Assembly: GCF_006345805.1 (NCBI RefSeq)
Contig: NW_021836126.1
Location: 1 to 64,000 of the forward strand
Length of the DNA: 64,000 nt
From: Octopus sinensis
Lineage: Eukaryota
Direction: 5' to 3'
This document shows positions 14,511-29,074 of the stretch, in pieces (within the stretch, counting starts at the first letter, position 1; each line of letters begins with the position of its first letter). The translations under genes were made by a program, and so were the position numbers. The notes under the pieces are model-generated. The model saw nothing but the letters and a program-made list of their open reading frames with translations, was not told where the DNA came from and searched no databases.

Positions 14511-17500
14511 AGATTACACGTTCGGGTCATTTCACGTGGTTTTTCCATTTAATTACAACTTTGATGCCTGTTTTGTGGCGGTAGTTATTATTGTGAGTGT
14601 TCAGTTGAAGGACGCCTTTAAAATAATGAGGATTGTCCACAAAAAGTTGAGAAATGTCCCCGATTCAGCCCCGACGTTGATGAGTGACTTGAATATCAGC
14701 ATAAATGTGCGAGTCCTTATCATTCCCAGCACTTTTCTGTGGTATTCGAGGACGACCCATTCGAGAACAGGATATTGAGCAACTTCAGAGTAGGGAATAA
14801 GTCATATTCCAGTTACTGAGTGATGAGTTTGTGGAAAAGGTGCAGAGATCAGTCATTCTGGAAAAACAACTGCAGGAAATGGGGGCAAGCATGTCGAGTG
14901 AGTGTTGTGTGTCATAAAAGTCGACAAAATGGATGAATTGTACGCCACAGTGGAGCAAAAGAATTCCTCCGCGTACATTGAGCGGGTGGGGATTCACCGT
15001 CGGCAACAAGAAGGGATCAAAACCCTCTGTCGGATCAGTCTGGAGGGGGTCTCTTTCAAAGCCCTGTCAGACCCCTCCGTTTTTGGGGAGGATAATATTC
15101 TGGGGTTTATGAAGCGAGTGGAGCCTGAATGGTGGATTGTGTGAGCGAGGAGTAGTTTTGACGGTGGGGAGACATCATTCAGCACTCTCTTTGTCGTTAT
15201 GTCATTTTTGAGTTTGACGAAATGAGGAGTGCTCTCCGGGACTATTCCGTGCCCCTTATCGTCTGGAATAATTGTCGATTTTGGGGACTGTTGAGAGGGG
15301 CAGAACTGACGGGGGCATATTTGAGTAGATTAGTGTGCCTACTGGTAGAACAAGTCGTCATTCCATTCGGGGATTTCGAGATTCGAAAGTCACTGTGCCC
15401 CCTCAAGTATTTCTACGACCTCGATTCGAGTATTTGTATACGTGGATGGTAGAGTCGGGGCAAGTGAGAGTGGCCTACGGACCCAGCATCGAGCCTTCGC
15501 TCTAATTTTTCCACTGCCTTGACTTGATAACGTCGCCCAGTCGAGATTGCAGTCCCAAGTTGAGTTGGTTCGACATGTTCCGCTACGTTCTTCACGGAAA
15601 TTGGAGAGCCCGACTAAAGTTATCGTTGATGTACCGCCTTACGAATGACCCATACAACTCGGCTGAGTTCATCGAGTGGTCCTGGGAGTCTCTCGTGTTT
15701 GAGAACACATGTGGTTACTCTCATCAGTTCATGGCAGGGAAGTTTGTGTTGAACGGAGACTTGCAAATAAACTGCAAGACTGCCTCGAATTATGACGATT
15801 ATCGACTGGTGCATATTCCGAATGCCTGCTTTGAGTGGTGTTTTTTGGCTGAGTGGTAGGGCCAAAGTCTCCTGGATATGTCCTGGTGATGCTTACGGTG
15901 ATTCCAATCCACCGGAAGTACGTCGTAGATGTTTTGGTGAGAATATTTGAGTGATGCAGACACACAACACATTTCGGGCTTTCAGGTCGAGTGGGATGGA
16001 TGTCAAGTTGAGTATTTCGAGTAATGTTTCTCTCTCGTCTCTCAAATTCTATTCGGGGTCAATTAATTGGATATTCGACATTATTGCTGTTTTCACTTGA
16101 CCACCTGTAGACAACAATCCAACAACTCACCCGTCCGATCCGCCTGGGTCCTCTCTTTGGACGACCATTCTACAAAAGAATACAACTTTCTCGCCATTTC
16201 AGGTGATATATTCCACTATGAGTAGAGAGTTTAACATTGCTATGAATCTGGACAGTTTTGTGATTGAATACTGGATGACGGGGGAAATGGTGGATGGGTA
16301 CAACTAAAGGGGGGTTCCGTGTCCTTGGACAGTTGCCTGGACTACTCTGTCCTCCCCCTCCAAGGGAATGTACTCAGACGACCAGTCACTGTGTGGAAAA
16401 TCAAGTCTTTTCATTTCATACAGGAGAGGGTCAACGTTGACTTGTTCGGTAATAAACGTGATGAAGCCAATTTTCTGATTAAGTTTGACTCGTGAGTGTT
16501 TTTGGTTACGTTTTAGACTGCGATATTACCACTCCCCCATCGAGACCAGATTGTCTCCCCCCACCGCCTCCACGGAGATCGAGTCAACCTACCAGGCATG
16601 TAGTTATATTGACATTCAGCACAAACACAATGTAATAGTGAAGGACACTGTGGTGAGGTGAACTAACGAGAACAGAGCCGTATTTTATGAGTTGATGAAT
16701 CACTACCAACGAGGGGTCATTCTCCGCCGTAATTTACTTTCGGGGATAATCTCCTGCATTAAACGACACGAACAGGAGGTGGTCGAATCCAGAGAGGAGT
16801 TGGTCGAGCAGGATGAGTGGACTCCGGACTTGTTGGAGCGACTGGTGGCCGACGTGGAAAACAAGTTTTACGTGACTGGAGACGTAGTGATGGAATGTGT
16901 TGATTGGTAGACACAGACATGTCTGGTGGATGATCTGTCAGGACCAAAGTCGTGTGGAAGTAATGATGTGACAAGTCGGAATTGTTTAGGTGAGTGGACT
17001 GACTGAGTGCAGTCGAATTTAGGAATGTCCAATTGAGTTTGGTGGTCCAATCGGGCTTCATTATGGCTGTAGCTAGGAAAGCCCAGTTCTTCCAACGTGA
17101 GCACGGATTGGTGTGGAAGAACAACGTTCTGAGGTCGAAAATAAGTTGGATTGGGACTATCGACTCAATGGAGGTGAGTGGGCCATATTTATGCAGTATT
17201 TTGCCAATGCGAACGAAGGGGGCAATCTGGAGAGAATAGTGTCGAGGTGTCGTTGTGACATATTCTACTCGTCCTACGCGGCCATCGAGGAATTGTTGGT
17301 GAGTGATGGCCAGCCTCCCTCCGAGGACGAGGACAGTCTGGAGACATTCACAATGCTTCACCACGACCTGTCAATATCGACTAACAAATGGCAATATTCG
17401 GTGATTATTGACATTGTGAACAACCTCCTTCTCTACTTTGACCCCGAACGTAAAAGGTCGTTGGACAGACTGCAGGAAATGAGACTTCAACTCGACTTGT

Positions 17501-18783
17501 GTACACTTCCGGAACACCTTAATCGTATATTCGAACTGAAGAACGTCCTCAGGTCTGTTTGTATTGACAAGTGCAGAGAGTTGGCAGGGGAGTGGAGGAA
17601 ATTGGAGAGAGAGCATTACTTTCTGGTTCGTGAGCATGGCGGGCGGTGTGAACTACTCACCAGACTGAGGGATCGAATCAAATCTACTCGAAAGGAGTTG
17701 TACAGCACAAGTCAAGAATTGTCACATATGTTGTGGTATCAGTCCTCCTTGTTGTATTCTTAGTTGCTATAATAAGAGGAGACATCAATTGCTAGCACAC
17801 TCACTGACCCTCCCAGACCTCACTCCCCCACTTCACACCCTCGAGATATGTTTCAAGCACGCAGAGTGGACTATCACTCATGACGATAGTCAACTCAATG
17901 TCATTATCAGCAACTTTCTGTCATTTTCTGTCCTGGCATGATTAGATATAACAAAATTGGGTCTGCAGACGACACCAAGTCACATTTACTTCACTTGGGT
18001 TGGTTTAAGGTGTCGAATCTGCATCCCAACTCGTTTTACAGAGTTGTGTCTTCACTTATTCTGAAGGACGTGATTATTCCTACGGACGAGGAGAACCCAT
18101 CTGCCCACAGTCCCTCAGTGCGGATATACTGTCGGGAGGGAGTCCCAGTTGGGGGAATATCCATGAAGGAACATTTGGAGATCAATGTAGCTCCCACATC
18201 CGCCTACCTCACCTATGACTTTTACTTGTTGGTGGTTCAATTCTTCTTCAGTCAGTCATCTGGTGTGTCGATGAGTTCATTTGTAGGGATATCCATAAAG
18301 AATAAGCGGAGTAAGGAGAGTGGGTCTACCGAATATCGGGACGACGTGACTATCATGAAAGTACCCTCCCCACTCACCCCAGGACAGGGCAGCCTCCAAC
18401 ATGCAGTTTGTGTACGTCAAGATCACTCAAGTTCCCCTTCTAATTAGTTTTAAGGTTGTTTTGTATCGATAATTTTGCAGAGTTTGGATAACAAGTTTTT
18501 GGAATTTAGCAACTTTTCCATCACAATTCCAACATTGGAATACCACGATCGAATGTTCAGTTGGTTAGATCTGTTTATGTCTGTCAAGAATGACTATCAG
18601 AAGATGATTGTGACTCATGTGACTTAATTTTTCCTTAAATCTATAGGCTATCAAACAACGACTCAAAATCAACAGAAAGGGGAGTCCCCGTGTTTCTCAT
18701 CCCCAAAAGCAAGAAGACAAGGCGAGAAGGCTTCTTGGACTCGATGGAAATAAAAAAAAGAAAAATTTTTTAAAAAGAAGTGA
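14511..18783 (+). pseudogene. BLTP2: Bridge-like lipid transfer protein KIAA0100/hobbit, 5'-truncated, with in-frame stops
   Basis: HFSVVFEDDPFE, PLKYFYD, SPKLSWFD..LHG, IIDIVNNLLLY, GGISMKEHLEINVAP, FVYVKITQVPLLISFK, PTLEYHDRMFSWLDL; stops at 15503 (TAA) and 16659 (TGA at a conserved Trp). Confidence 0.85.
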
Positions 18784-19036
18784 GTATTAACGAGTGAAAT
18801 GAAATTATTTATTGTCCTTGCCCATTGGACGACCAGAATATTCCTGTATGTTACATGCATACAGTATGTATGATAACATGTTAAAAAGAGACCTTAGATA
18901 AGACTTCTGTTTTAAATCAAGTTGGTTATCATTCCTACCTTGGAATATATCGTGGATTTGAGAATTTCTTACGATTTGGAATTAAAAGACATTAAATATA
19001 ATGTGGCACGTTCTACAAATCCTAATAGGGATGTGT

Positions 19037-20708
19037 CATCATTAGGGCAATTTTTTTCAGGCACTTAAAATTTATTTTTAGGACCTTAAAAATAGGCATT
19101 TTAGGACTTTATTTTTAATTTTTAGGACTTTATTCTACATTTTTAGGCACATTTTAATAAGGTATTAAATCAAAAAGTCGTAAAAAATTATTTGTTATAG
19201 TAAGGTATTAAATAATTTTTGACATTTTCCGCATTGAAACCTCTATCTTTAGTAATTAATTTTTTAAGCATAGAAAATGCTCTTTCAACGGTTGATGATG
19301 TACACTGACATTTTCTTATTAGTCCATATTCTTCAGGGGAGATATTACTTTTCTCCATTTCTATAATTGATTCTATGTCATTTTTGTGTAATCTTTTTTG
19401 TATGTATTCATTTATTTCTGCATTATCAGACGGAAATTTTAACAAACAAAGATCTGAATGTGCATCATTTATTGTATAACTTGTGGATTCCATTTTTTTC
19501 AATATTTGATTAAGTATCTGATAATTTTCATTTATTTCCATTAGACTTTTTCTTAAGGTTGGCGATTCAATTGCTTGTTTTACTTTTTAACTAATATTCC
19601 GTCGTCTTTGAAATTCTCCACAATTTCAGCAATTGATACAAAATTATTTGCATAATAGTATGCTGCTTGCAGCCAACTACCCCATCTAGTTATGATGACG
19701 TCGGGCGGATAACCAATTGTAGAAAACATTTTTTTTCTAGTTTTGTTTTTCACTATTGATGTCTTTATAGTCGCAATAAGATTATCAACGTCCGAATAAT
19801 ACGCCTTTACTCTGAGACAGCAATTATGTAACAAATGTGCAACACATGTTACATGGAACATCCTAGGATAAAGCATTTTCAATGTTTTTCCGGCTAAAAA
19901 TAATTCAACAAACTACCCAAAATCATATACGGGGCTGCATCAGAAAGAAAAAGAAGAAAATTATTGCGTATAATCTCGAATTTTTTAATCTCTTCATCGA
20001 TAATCTGAAGAATTGTGTTAGCAGTTACAGATTCATATAAAGGTTCACACGAAATTAAATAGGTCTTCTCTGGATAAGCGATATTCCCAATGAGAACAAC
20101 TACAAACTTCTGTCCATTTACGTCACCCTCGTCAACAACCATAAAAATCTTTTGAGATCTAAAATCTAAGGATTGTTGAATAGGGAATCTAAGGATTGTT
20201 GGAATCCTTCATTGTTATCTAAAAAAATAATTTTAAATTACTCAAAAGCTTTAGATGTTTTGTAGATTGTCTATGCTGATCAATATAATATTTTTTTGAT
20301 GCATTGACGTAGATCATACATATTTTACAATATAGACTGCCTTTAATCACTGTGAATTCTTTTACGTAAGTTTCATAGGCTTTTAGAGCTTTAGACTTTA
20401 TTGTAGAACGTACACGTGGCATTTGAACACAAAAAAGTAATTTATAGCGTGCCTAATTTGTTATTTTTAAAATATTTTTTTGTAACATTTAAAAATAATT
20501 TATTTTAAAAATTTTTAAGACCTTAAAAAAATTTTTAGGACCTTAAAAAAATTTTTTAGGACCTTAACAATTTTTTAAGCATTTAAGGCATTTATAACTC
20601 GTTGTAGATAAATCTATTTTAATTAAATTATAGCTTAAATTAATTATTTAAATAAATAGACCTTTTGGTGCAAAAAGGCATTTTAGGCAAAAAATTGCCC
20701 TAATGATG
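19037..20708 (-). mobile_element. hAT-like (CGGBP/DUF659-type) DNA transposon
   Basis: TIR catcattagggcaattttt / aaaaattgccctaatgatg; subterminal ttttaggaccttaa repeats; Zn finger LYCKIC..QHRQSTKH, SDAAPYM, HVTCVAHLLHN, TRWGSW, VERAFS. Confidence 0.9.
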
Positions 20709-20840
20709 ATAAAACTGAATTGGATCTGGAGTAGCAAGGATGTTTCTCTCAAGACAAAGATAAGACTAGTCAACGCGATTGTGTTTCCCGTTTTTCTCTA
20801 TGGCTGTGAATCTTGGACACTGTCCAAAGCTCACAGCAAA
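20709..20840 (+). mobile_element. RTE-type LINE fragment
   Basis: IWSSKDVSLKTKIRLVNAIVFPVFLYGCESWT. Confidence 0.75.
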
Positions 20841-21540
20841 GAGCATATTTATGTAATTTTTCTAATTCGGTTTGCTCGAGTCTCTCTTGCGATGTAATTC
20901 CCGCTTCAATTATGGAAACCTTATTCTTCAACTTGTCGTAGATAAAGATATCAGGCGTATTGAACTGAACTTGAGTATCTGTCAATTTTAATGTGTCCAC
21001 CTGTATCTCGACATTTTGCGTCAAAAACTAGATTGTACTGAATAGGACATTAATTTCCTAGTTTTCTTTATTTCAAACTGTCTGCAAACGTGCATATCGA
21101 TGCATCTCAAAGCTCGTCTGTATCTTCTTACATAGTCACTGTTTACCATTCTGTCACACCATGTAACCATCTGATTTACTGTCTTCTTAGTTTTATGCAA
21201 TGATTACCTACCACGCCCAGAAAAGAACACATTTCTATCTTGTAAGGAGTATTACAAAGCTTCACTTTTGCTGCATTGTTCCGTTTGTCCAACCACTCAC
21301 TAGACATCTACAGTAGTATCCCATTCAGATCTGAACAAAACAAAATGAAATAACTTGTTCTTAATTTTGTTCAATAAATATTGCATATGAGAGAGATTCA
21401 GAGAGATTTGCCAGTTTATGAACTCTCAAAAATCATAAGTTGAAAAATTGAAGGACGGTGAGCAGATGTATGCAGATATCAGACTACTTCGCCTTCGACA
21501 GCAAACAAAGCTGTAGACTTTTTGTTTCATGACAATTCGA
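20841..21540 (-). mobile_element. Second R4/Dong-like RLE LINE fragment
   Basis: Similar to 1942-2740 (QVQFNTPDIFIYD, GITSQERL). Confidence 0.8.
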
Positions 21541-22428
21541 CATTCGAAGAACTGCTAAAAATTATTTTTTACGCACTGAAAAGATGGTTTTTGAATGTAA
21601 ACTTGAAAAAAACTGAATATGTAACAATTGACCGGAAGGCAAACAGAACAGACGAGAAAGGTGAAACTCGAAAAAATTAGAACACTGCTAGAAGATAGCG
21701 AAGACATTATGAAAAGAAAGATGCTGACGACTATTACATTTAACGATCTGCGGACCACATGGTTACAAAACCGCAGGGTTGGAACGGCCTTACTTGCTAA
21801 GTTATGCAATGCTTTTGTTAAGCATACAACGGAGGAACATGGGGGACTTCTGAGTCTGAACTAAAATTTTTCGATGCGTTCACAAAAAACAGTTAAGACT
21901 TCTTAACTGCCCTGCCAAAGAAAATAAAAAACTCCACTCTATTTAATTAATGACATTTCGGCACCCGAGGATTGAATCGCTAAAGAAGTATGCGAAGAGA
22001 ATTCAAAGAACATTAGATTCTGAGATCACCTAGCCTAGTTAGCTCAAATTGCTTTTGTGATTGTCTTGGGGTTCATTAATAATAGTTTTTCTGGCAGAAA
22101 ATAGGCTGAGAAATTGTGAAATCTAACTTGAAAAAAGTTCTCCAAAATATTTTTTAGCAAAACCTACATGTAATAAAATGCAGATAAAATATCAAAAAAT
22201 GTTTCCTTACAGTTAAAGCGATTCAATTTGATTTAAAATTCATAAATTTGGCAATAAATTTAACATTATCAAAAACTGCCAAAACTCGTTAAACTGTAGA
22301 TTTTGAGATAATTTAAATCAGACTTACCCTAACATAAAGTTTTGAACCGTTTCGGGAATTGAAAATTTTACATGAAATAATTTTTAGGTAAAAAAACTAA
22401 AGATATTAAAAAATTGGTACTTTTAGTC

Positions 22429-22728
22429 CATTACTTTAGAGCAATAAAATCATTAAGAACAAGCAAAAACAGTCTCTTTATGATTTTCAGGAATCCAATT
22501 CAAATTAAATGACCCAAATAAAAAAATATCAATTCGAATTTTCTAAATTTTTCAAAAAATCTAAAATTATAAAACTAAAAGAATTGCTCAAATAAATCAT
22601 AAAATTAGCTATTATTTCATAGAATAAATTTAATACATTACTTTAGAGCAATAAAATCATCAAGAACAAGCAAAAACAGTCTCTTTATGATTTTCAGGAA
22701 TCCAATTCAAATTAAATGACCCAAATAA
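22429..22728. repeat. ~92-bp direct duplication; spacer has an inverted copy at ~24201-24292
   Basis: cattactttagagcaataaaatc...gacccaaataa occurs twice; 22523-22615 is approximately the reverse complement of 24201-24292. Confidence 0.8.
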
Positions 22729-24553
22729 GAGTATATAATCCCAATTTTCCGACCTTTCATAATGATTTTCAATTTTTTAATCTGTCAGGCTCTTTCCACA
22801 AATCCGTTAATCTTTCAACCTCGCTCCACATGTTCAATATTTTTGTTATATATTATTAGATGGAAATATGAACATGGAGTGCACCGTATTGATACTTCTT
22901 TAATAGTGTAGATACAAAACGTCTATTTGTTTGAATATTTTGTTCTCAAGTTGAATTTAACTTTAATTGATAACAATATTAAAATTGTTTGTGGGGTACT
23001 TACTTTAGTTATAACTAATTTCAGAAAAAAATAGTCAATTTGATTAATACAACAGGCCCTGATTTTGGTAAATTTATTACTCTTTATATTTAGTGCCAAG
23101 TGGAAACAACCTTTTTCCTCTAGTATATTATATATTGAGATCTTTAGGAAAACGCTTTGCATAATTGCGTATCTTACTTATATCGTAATCTTACGCGGAA
23201 AGGATCATTGACAGAATATGAAAATATATTAATGATAATCAAAGTAATCAGTCATATTTATTTCAGAACTCTTATGATTCTTTATTTAATGAATGTCAGG
23301 GTCATTTAAGAGTTAATACATTCACGACTCAAATGTTCAATTTTTATAGGCAACAAATAGAAAATATCACAGTAATATCTTGATACTAGTGTAGAACGTC
23401 GTTAAAAACCATACACTATACAATGCTAGAACGGACAGAGCTTATCAAGAAATATTGGTCTTGTGATGTTTTTAATGTTTTAGAATTTAGTATATAATAA
23501 AATGAATGAACTTGCTAGAGCTGTAAGATCTTTTATGCAAAGTAACTAGTTTTGTGACTTTATAGCTCAAAATGAATATATTTTACATTTATTGTTATCA
23601 AACAACCAAGAACCGGTTTCTGGGGTCTCTCGAAATCGTAATAGCCATTTTCAGAGGTTATAAATTGATCATATCTATACTCATTTAACACGGGGTTAAC
23701 TATAATCATTTAAAACAATGTTTTTGGTGAAAAATATTCTTTTTGAACTATAAATAGCTTGTAAGGATATTCAGAGAGGCTTATAATTCTTGTTATAAAC
23801 GATTTTTGATTGTTCAATATAGTTGGTTAAGAAATCATCAAAAAAAACTAGCTACTATGAACTGGCTCGCAGGATTGAAAGACAATTCCAGCGTAAAACA
23901 GCTAGCGAGATCCTCTGAATAAGGAATATAAATTCCCTCGGATCTCTGGAGCGGTGGGTGCACAAGCGGCCGAGTTTCTTGAGATGAGCAAGCGTCTTGG
24001 CCCAACGATTTTTTGATAAAATAATCACAAAGGTTCGTTTTTTTCTTTAATATATTGGGGTATGGATTTTGACAGGCATTTACTTGATCATCATTTTAGC
24101 ATTTTTGAGGCAGAAAAGGCTTAATTAGCAAATTTAATTTTTTGAACTTTGAAAATAAAACTGCGACCACTTCGACAAAAGTACCAATTATTTTATGAGT
24201 TAATAGCTAATTTTATGATTTATTTGAGCAATTATTTTAGTTTCATAATTTTAGCTTTTTTGAAGAATTCAGAAAATTCGAATTGATATTTTAAAAATTT
24301 AAATTATGTGTTAATAATTTTAACAGTATATCTCTTTTCTTTCTTTATTTATTGAAGATAATCTCAAATCGCCTTGATGGTTATTTTTGAGATGAATTTG
24401 AATATATTTAACTTGCTTTGTGGTGGTTTACTCAGGCACTAGAATAACACAGAATGGGTGATTTCTGTAGATGCGTTTTAGCAAAAGCTTTCTTTGCATT
24501 TTCTTTAGCAGTTTAGAAGTTTCCTCTGAGCAGGTTTGAATATTAGCTTTAAT

Positions 24554-27426
24554 CAGGCATTCTCAACCTTTTTTGTTCATCGCCCCCTTAGATATTTTTT
24601 GCCCCCTTGTTCACTTACAATTTAAAAATTTTTGTGCATTGTTCCTTAATTGATTGTTTTTTTGTAAAATTGAATTTTTATTAAAAATTATTAGTGAGAC
24701 CCTTGATATTAATGTTTACTCGCTAAATATTCAATGTCGGGTTTAATTCTGCTCAACTTTAGGCGTATATCCCCTCGATAACACACTTTCAGTCTATTTC
24801 TTTCACATTGTGTGTTATGATTGATAAAACTAAATCCATTTTCAGCTAAATAAGTGGTAGTGAATGTCAATACTACATTTCTTATTTCCTTCCATAAATT
24901 TGGAAATTTCATTTGTTGATCTTTTGATTGCCAAAATTTAGAGATACCATCCTGTTGAAATCTGTGAATATATTCTTCATTATATTTTGATTCAATTATC
25001 TCTTCTTAGATTGTTTCGTTCTTATGTCATAATATTTTTGTAAAAATTCAATTCAAATAGAATATATCAATTTTCGTAAAATGATCTCTTCAACCAAAAC
25101 CAGGTCTTCTTTAGTCTGCAAAAATGCGACTATTGCATTTTAAAGATTAACAAATTTTAACACAGATTAACATTTCCTTTTGAAATCCATCTTACTTTCG
25201 TGTGTAATAAAAGTCGAATAAAATCTTCATCAATATCCTTACAAAACTTTCTAAAAAGACGATCACATTTTCTTTGTGTTTCTATTTTGTTAATTGTTTT
25301 GATTACAATGTTTAAAGATTGATGTACATCATAACATAAAATCTTCGATACCTGTGGATGGTTCTTTTAAGATGGAGTCTAAAAGGCACAGAAAACTAAC
25401 ATCTTTTTCGCTACTCTCGTTTAATGTCTGAGGAATCGCTAAATCTTGGAAAAGAACAGCATTGTGCAAAGATCTGAAAAGAAACAAAGTCTCTGTTGGA
25501 TGTTTACAGGAGACAAAACTGCATGGAGGATTAGAAGAGGAACTGTCGGGCTATCACTTTATCTAATTCCGAAGTGAATGCAGACACTTTGGCCGAGGAT
25601 TTGTAATAAAGAAGGAATTGAAACCAATGGTTCATCTCTTTTGGAGCATAAATGATCGGATCTGTGTACCTCAGATCAGCATGAATAAGCTTTTCCCATC
25701 TAAAAGCTTACTATCCATTATAATCGTATACGCACTCCACAGTGGATGGATTGAAAATGACCCTACTGAGATAGACTTGTTCCACTCTTGCCTGTCTGAA
25801 GCTTATTCTGAACTTGTTCACTCGTCAATAACTATCATTGCTGGCGACCTTAACGCCAAAGTGGGATTACGAAGAAACCTTCATGGAAAAACACGGGAGG
25901 GGAATAAGGAACGTGGCAGGAACATTACTTGCCGATAACTATAGGAAATGCCTTGATACGTATTTGGGAAGTGTGGAAACAAACCAACCATTCTTCAAAC
26001 TTGGGGGACAAATCCAGGAATCAATAAAAGGAGCAGCGGAGAAACAGCTCATAGACACAGAAATGGTTACCACATCACCAAATGGAACAACTGAGATATT
26101 CTTCTTGTGAAAAAACAAAATATCTATTTGGCTACAATATTCAAGTACGGAGGACAAGCATATCAAAGAAAAACGTGGTCGGGAAAGATCGAATATTAAG
26201 AAGAAGATCAAGAAGTGGTGTCCTATATGTCAAGTAAGGAGGCTGAGATACAGATCAAGGCCATGGAAGTCTTGAAATGTATTATGAGGCGATCAGATTA
26301 TTACGAGGACGTAAACACAGACAACCACTAATCATAAATGACAGACGAATTGCAGATTCCGCAGAATTAGCAGAACTAATCGCCGGCCACTTCGATAAAC
26401 TGTTGTTCCACCATTCAAATGTTCAAAAATGCGACATACATTCTTGGCTTTGATATGTCAAGAGCTTTTGACTCGATTAATTGTCAGAAATTAATGGAAG
26501 TCCTCGCAGGATTCCTTGATGAATCTTCTATCCGGATGATCAGAGCACTCTTATCAGAAACCTATCTGTCGGTCAGGGTACGAGACAAGTGCTCTAAACC
26601 ATTTGAAACAACATCTGAAACACCTCAAGGGGATCCGTTATACTGTTTGTCATATATCTGGAAGCTGCATTGAGAGAATTAAAAACCATACTATAAAGGA
26701 AAGATCAATGTGGTGGCATACGCGGATGACGTGGATTTTATTCCTTCCGACAGGGACGCTCTGGAAAGTCTACTGGAAATGATGCCAAACAGACGAACAA
26801 GACGTGATTATGCGAAAAACACATGCAAACAGTGCACTACACAGCTTAAAAGAAAATTGGCTAAAACGCAAAAGACTCAGCATAAAAACACGGATACGAC
26901 TATACAATTCACTAGTGAAGCATATACTCCTATATAACGCCGGAACTTGGGAACCTTCCGCTACAGACAATGACAACCTAGACTCTTTCCATAGAGATCA
27001 CCTCCGACGTACTCTAGCCTCCAAGTGGCATTCAAGGCTGAGTAGCAAAACAGTTTCATCAAGCAAACAAATCTCGCTCGAAATTACCGAATCCAGATGG
27101 AGGCTGTTTGGACACATTCTAAGGATGGATTTGGATGCATCGGCAAACGCCGCTATGGAGGACTATTTCGAAGCTGGGGGGCATCGTTTCCGTGGGCGAC
27201 CAAAAAATACTCTCTCGAGTACGCTGGATAGAGACCTAAAGAGGGCTGGTAGAGAATTGAAGAACGAGGACGATCTCGATGCACTACGGGACGTCGCCAA
27301 GATCGCGGGAAATGGAATAAACTAATTACTCGTATTGTTTCCTGTGCTGCACAAGCTTTGTCATGATCCATAGCATCGCAAAAGTGCCTATAATAATTAT
27401 TATCGCCCCCGGGTTGAAAACACCTA
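24554..27426 (-). mobile_element. hAT Buster/Charlie-like transposon remnant interrupted by an RTE LINE
   Basis: Left end caggcattctcaacc..atcgcccc, right end atcgcccccgggttgaaaacacct; C-terminal FTTTYLAENGFS..RNRL..DIRLKLSRIKPDI. Confidence 0.7.
25355..27400 (+). mobile_element. RTE-like LINE (APE + RT), decayed
   Basis: CLQETK, IIAGDLNAKVG, FDMSRAFDSI, PQGD, YADDV, RWRLFGHILRM, RGRPK; (taa)n-like tail. Confidence 0.85.
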
Positions 27427-28361
27427 CTCTATACCATATCTGAAACCGTAGACCCATCACTATGGATCACCGAAGCTTGTTAGCGCCTATTCTGCACATA
27501 ATCCGCCTCAAAAATATATTTGAAATGGAAAAATTCTGATATCCGTCATTTTTTAATTCTAATATCCGCCACAAATAATCAAAGGTTATTTAATCAACTC
27601 TAGAAATTTTGACGTTAATGGTGTTATTTGATTAAATGAATAAGTAAGACTCATTTTTGGCAAATATGAGAGACTTTACTGTATAGCGTTTTCCCAGCTT
27701 TAAAGTAGAAAGCACAAACAGTAGTGTTAACTCTTCAAACATTATTATTGCCGACGAAATTTTATGGAAAATGATTCCATATTTATTCATCTCTGCAAAA
27801 ACAAATGTTTCTGCTATTTACTGGAGGCACTGTCTAATAAGGCGAGTTTTCAAAATTGGCTCTTCCATTTTTCACACGCGCACAAACTGGAAATATTTTT
27901 TGCTTAGTTCAATAGTAGTGTCAATATTTTGCCTCGTCAGTATTTTTTCAATTTGTTTTACTGTGTGGTGAAAGTCTTAGACACCTGTTAATAGTACTAT
28001 CTGATATTCAGAAAACAGAATGTTTTTTAACTTTGATTTGTCAGTAATAGACTAAACTAAGAATTTATTGCTTGTATAAATCATTCAATTTGAAAAAATA
28101 ATCATTTTCTCCATTGACAAAGTATTCGGCTTATGGAGATTGAGGCATATTTAATAGTCATTTATTTCTTTTTAGATTTTCTACTAATTGAGCGTTCAAC
28201 AATCAGTTTTTTGACTGCAAGAAATATAGTATTTCTTTTTCGTCGATTAATAGCTCTTACTCTAACACACAATTTCCCACATAACATCAATGCCTGCTTA
28301 TATTTAGAGCTTTGACAGTAATATTTCTCAACAACAACCCAGAAATAAACAAGAAAAAGAA

Positions 28362-29074
28362 TTATCGATTATTTTTACCAGCCCGTTCAATTTCATCCCT
28401 ACGTTTGACAGCATATGAATTGGTAGTGTTCTAGGGGATGGTGAGAAGAGTGACCTTGTAGGCATTGATGACCTCATCGGCGTAGCACTCCACGATTGTC
28501 TTCTGACTTCGGAAGGCTGCCTTCCTGGCACCCACAGCAATGTTATAAATGGCCTGATTCACTCGGCGGAGAGGGGACACGTCCACCGACTGTCTCCTCA
28601 CACTCCCCTTCCTCCCGATCCTCGTCGAGTCCTCTCTCGGCCCGCAGTTCTCGATTGCCACAACCAGCACTTTCACCGGGTTCTATCCTTTAAACACATT
28701 TCTGACTTCGTTGAGGAGGAGGTTGATTATCTCCAAGGCATGTTCCACGATTTTCATGGCTTTGAGCTTCTTTCCGTTATTCCTTCCGTGTCTCATCAGA
28801 GAACAAACACACCGTTCCACGATGAAGCAACTCGCCTTCCGGAATTTCTTGACTTGGTATCTGCCTGCACTGTGGGGGACGAAGGTCTCCAATAATTTGA
28901 TGTATGGCTGGGTTTACACTCCACAATCAACCATCAAATGAATCTCCACTTTTACTTCATTCACGTCCCATTTACCAAACAACTTTACACGTGTGTCCTT
29001 GGGGGACTCGACCAACATTTCTGTTTGAGTATTCTCAATGTCTGCCTATTTGTGTTACTTAAATGCACCACCAT
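28362..29074 (-). CDS. RPS5: 40S ribosomal protein S5 (uS7), 4 introns of 24-26 nt
   Basis: [58 protein letters not shown]; GT-AG micro-introns restore the frame. Confidence 0.97.

Noticed and set aside
16659-16661. TGA at a conserved Trp in BLTP2, suggesting stop-codon reassignment
   Set aside because: TGA terminates cyclin, POU, GET1 and 14-3-3A, and this BLTP2 copy is truncated with other lesions
20510-20590. Short spaced repeats resembling CRISPR (also 58240-58315, 31360-31490)
   Set aside because: Transposon subterminal or tandem repeats without unique spacers; eukaryotic context, no cas genes
23190-23215. gcggaaaggatcatt resembling the 18S rRNA 3' end
   Set aside because: Only ~14 nt with no flanking rRNA similarity
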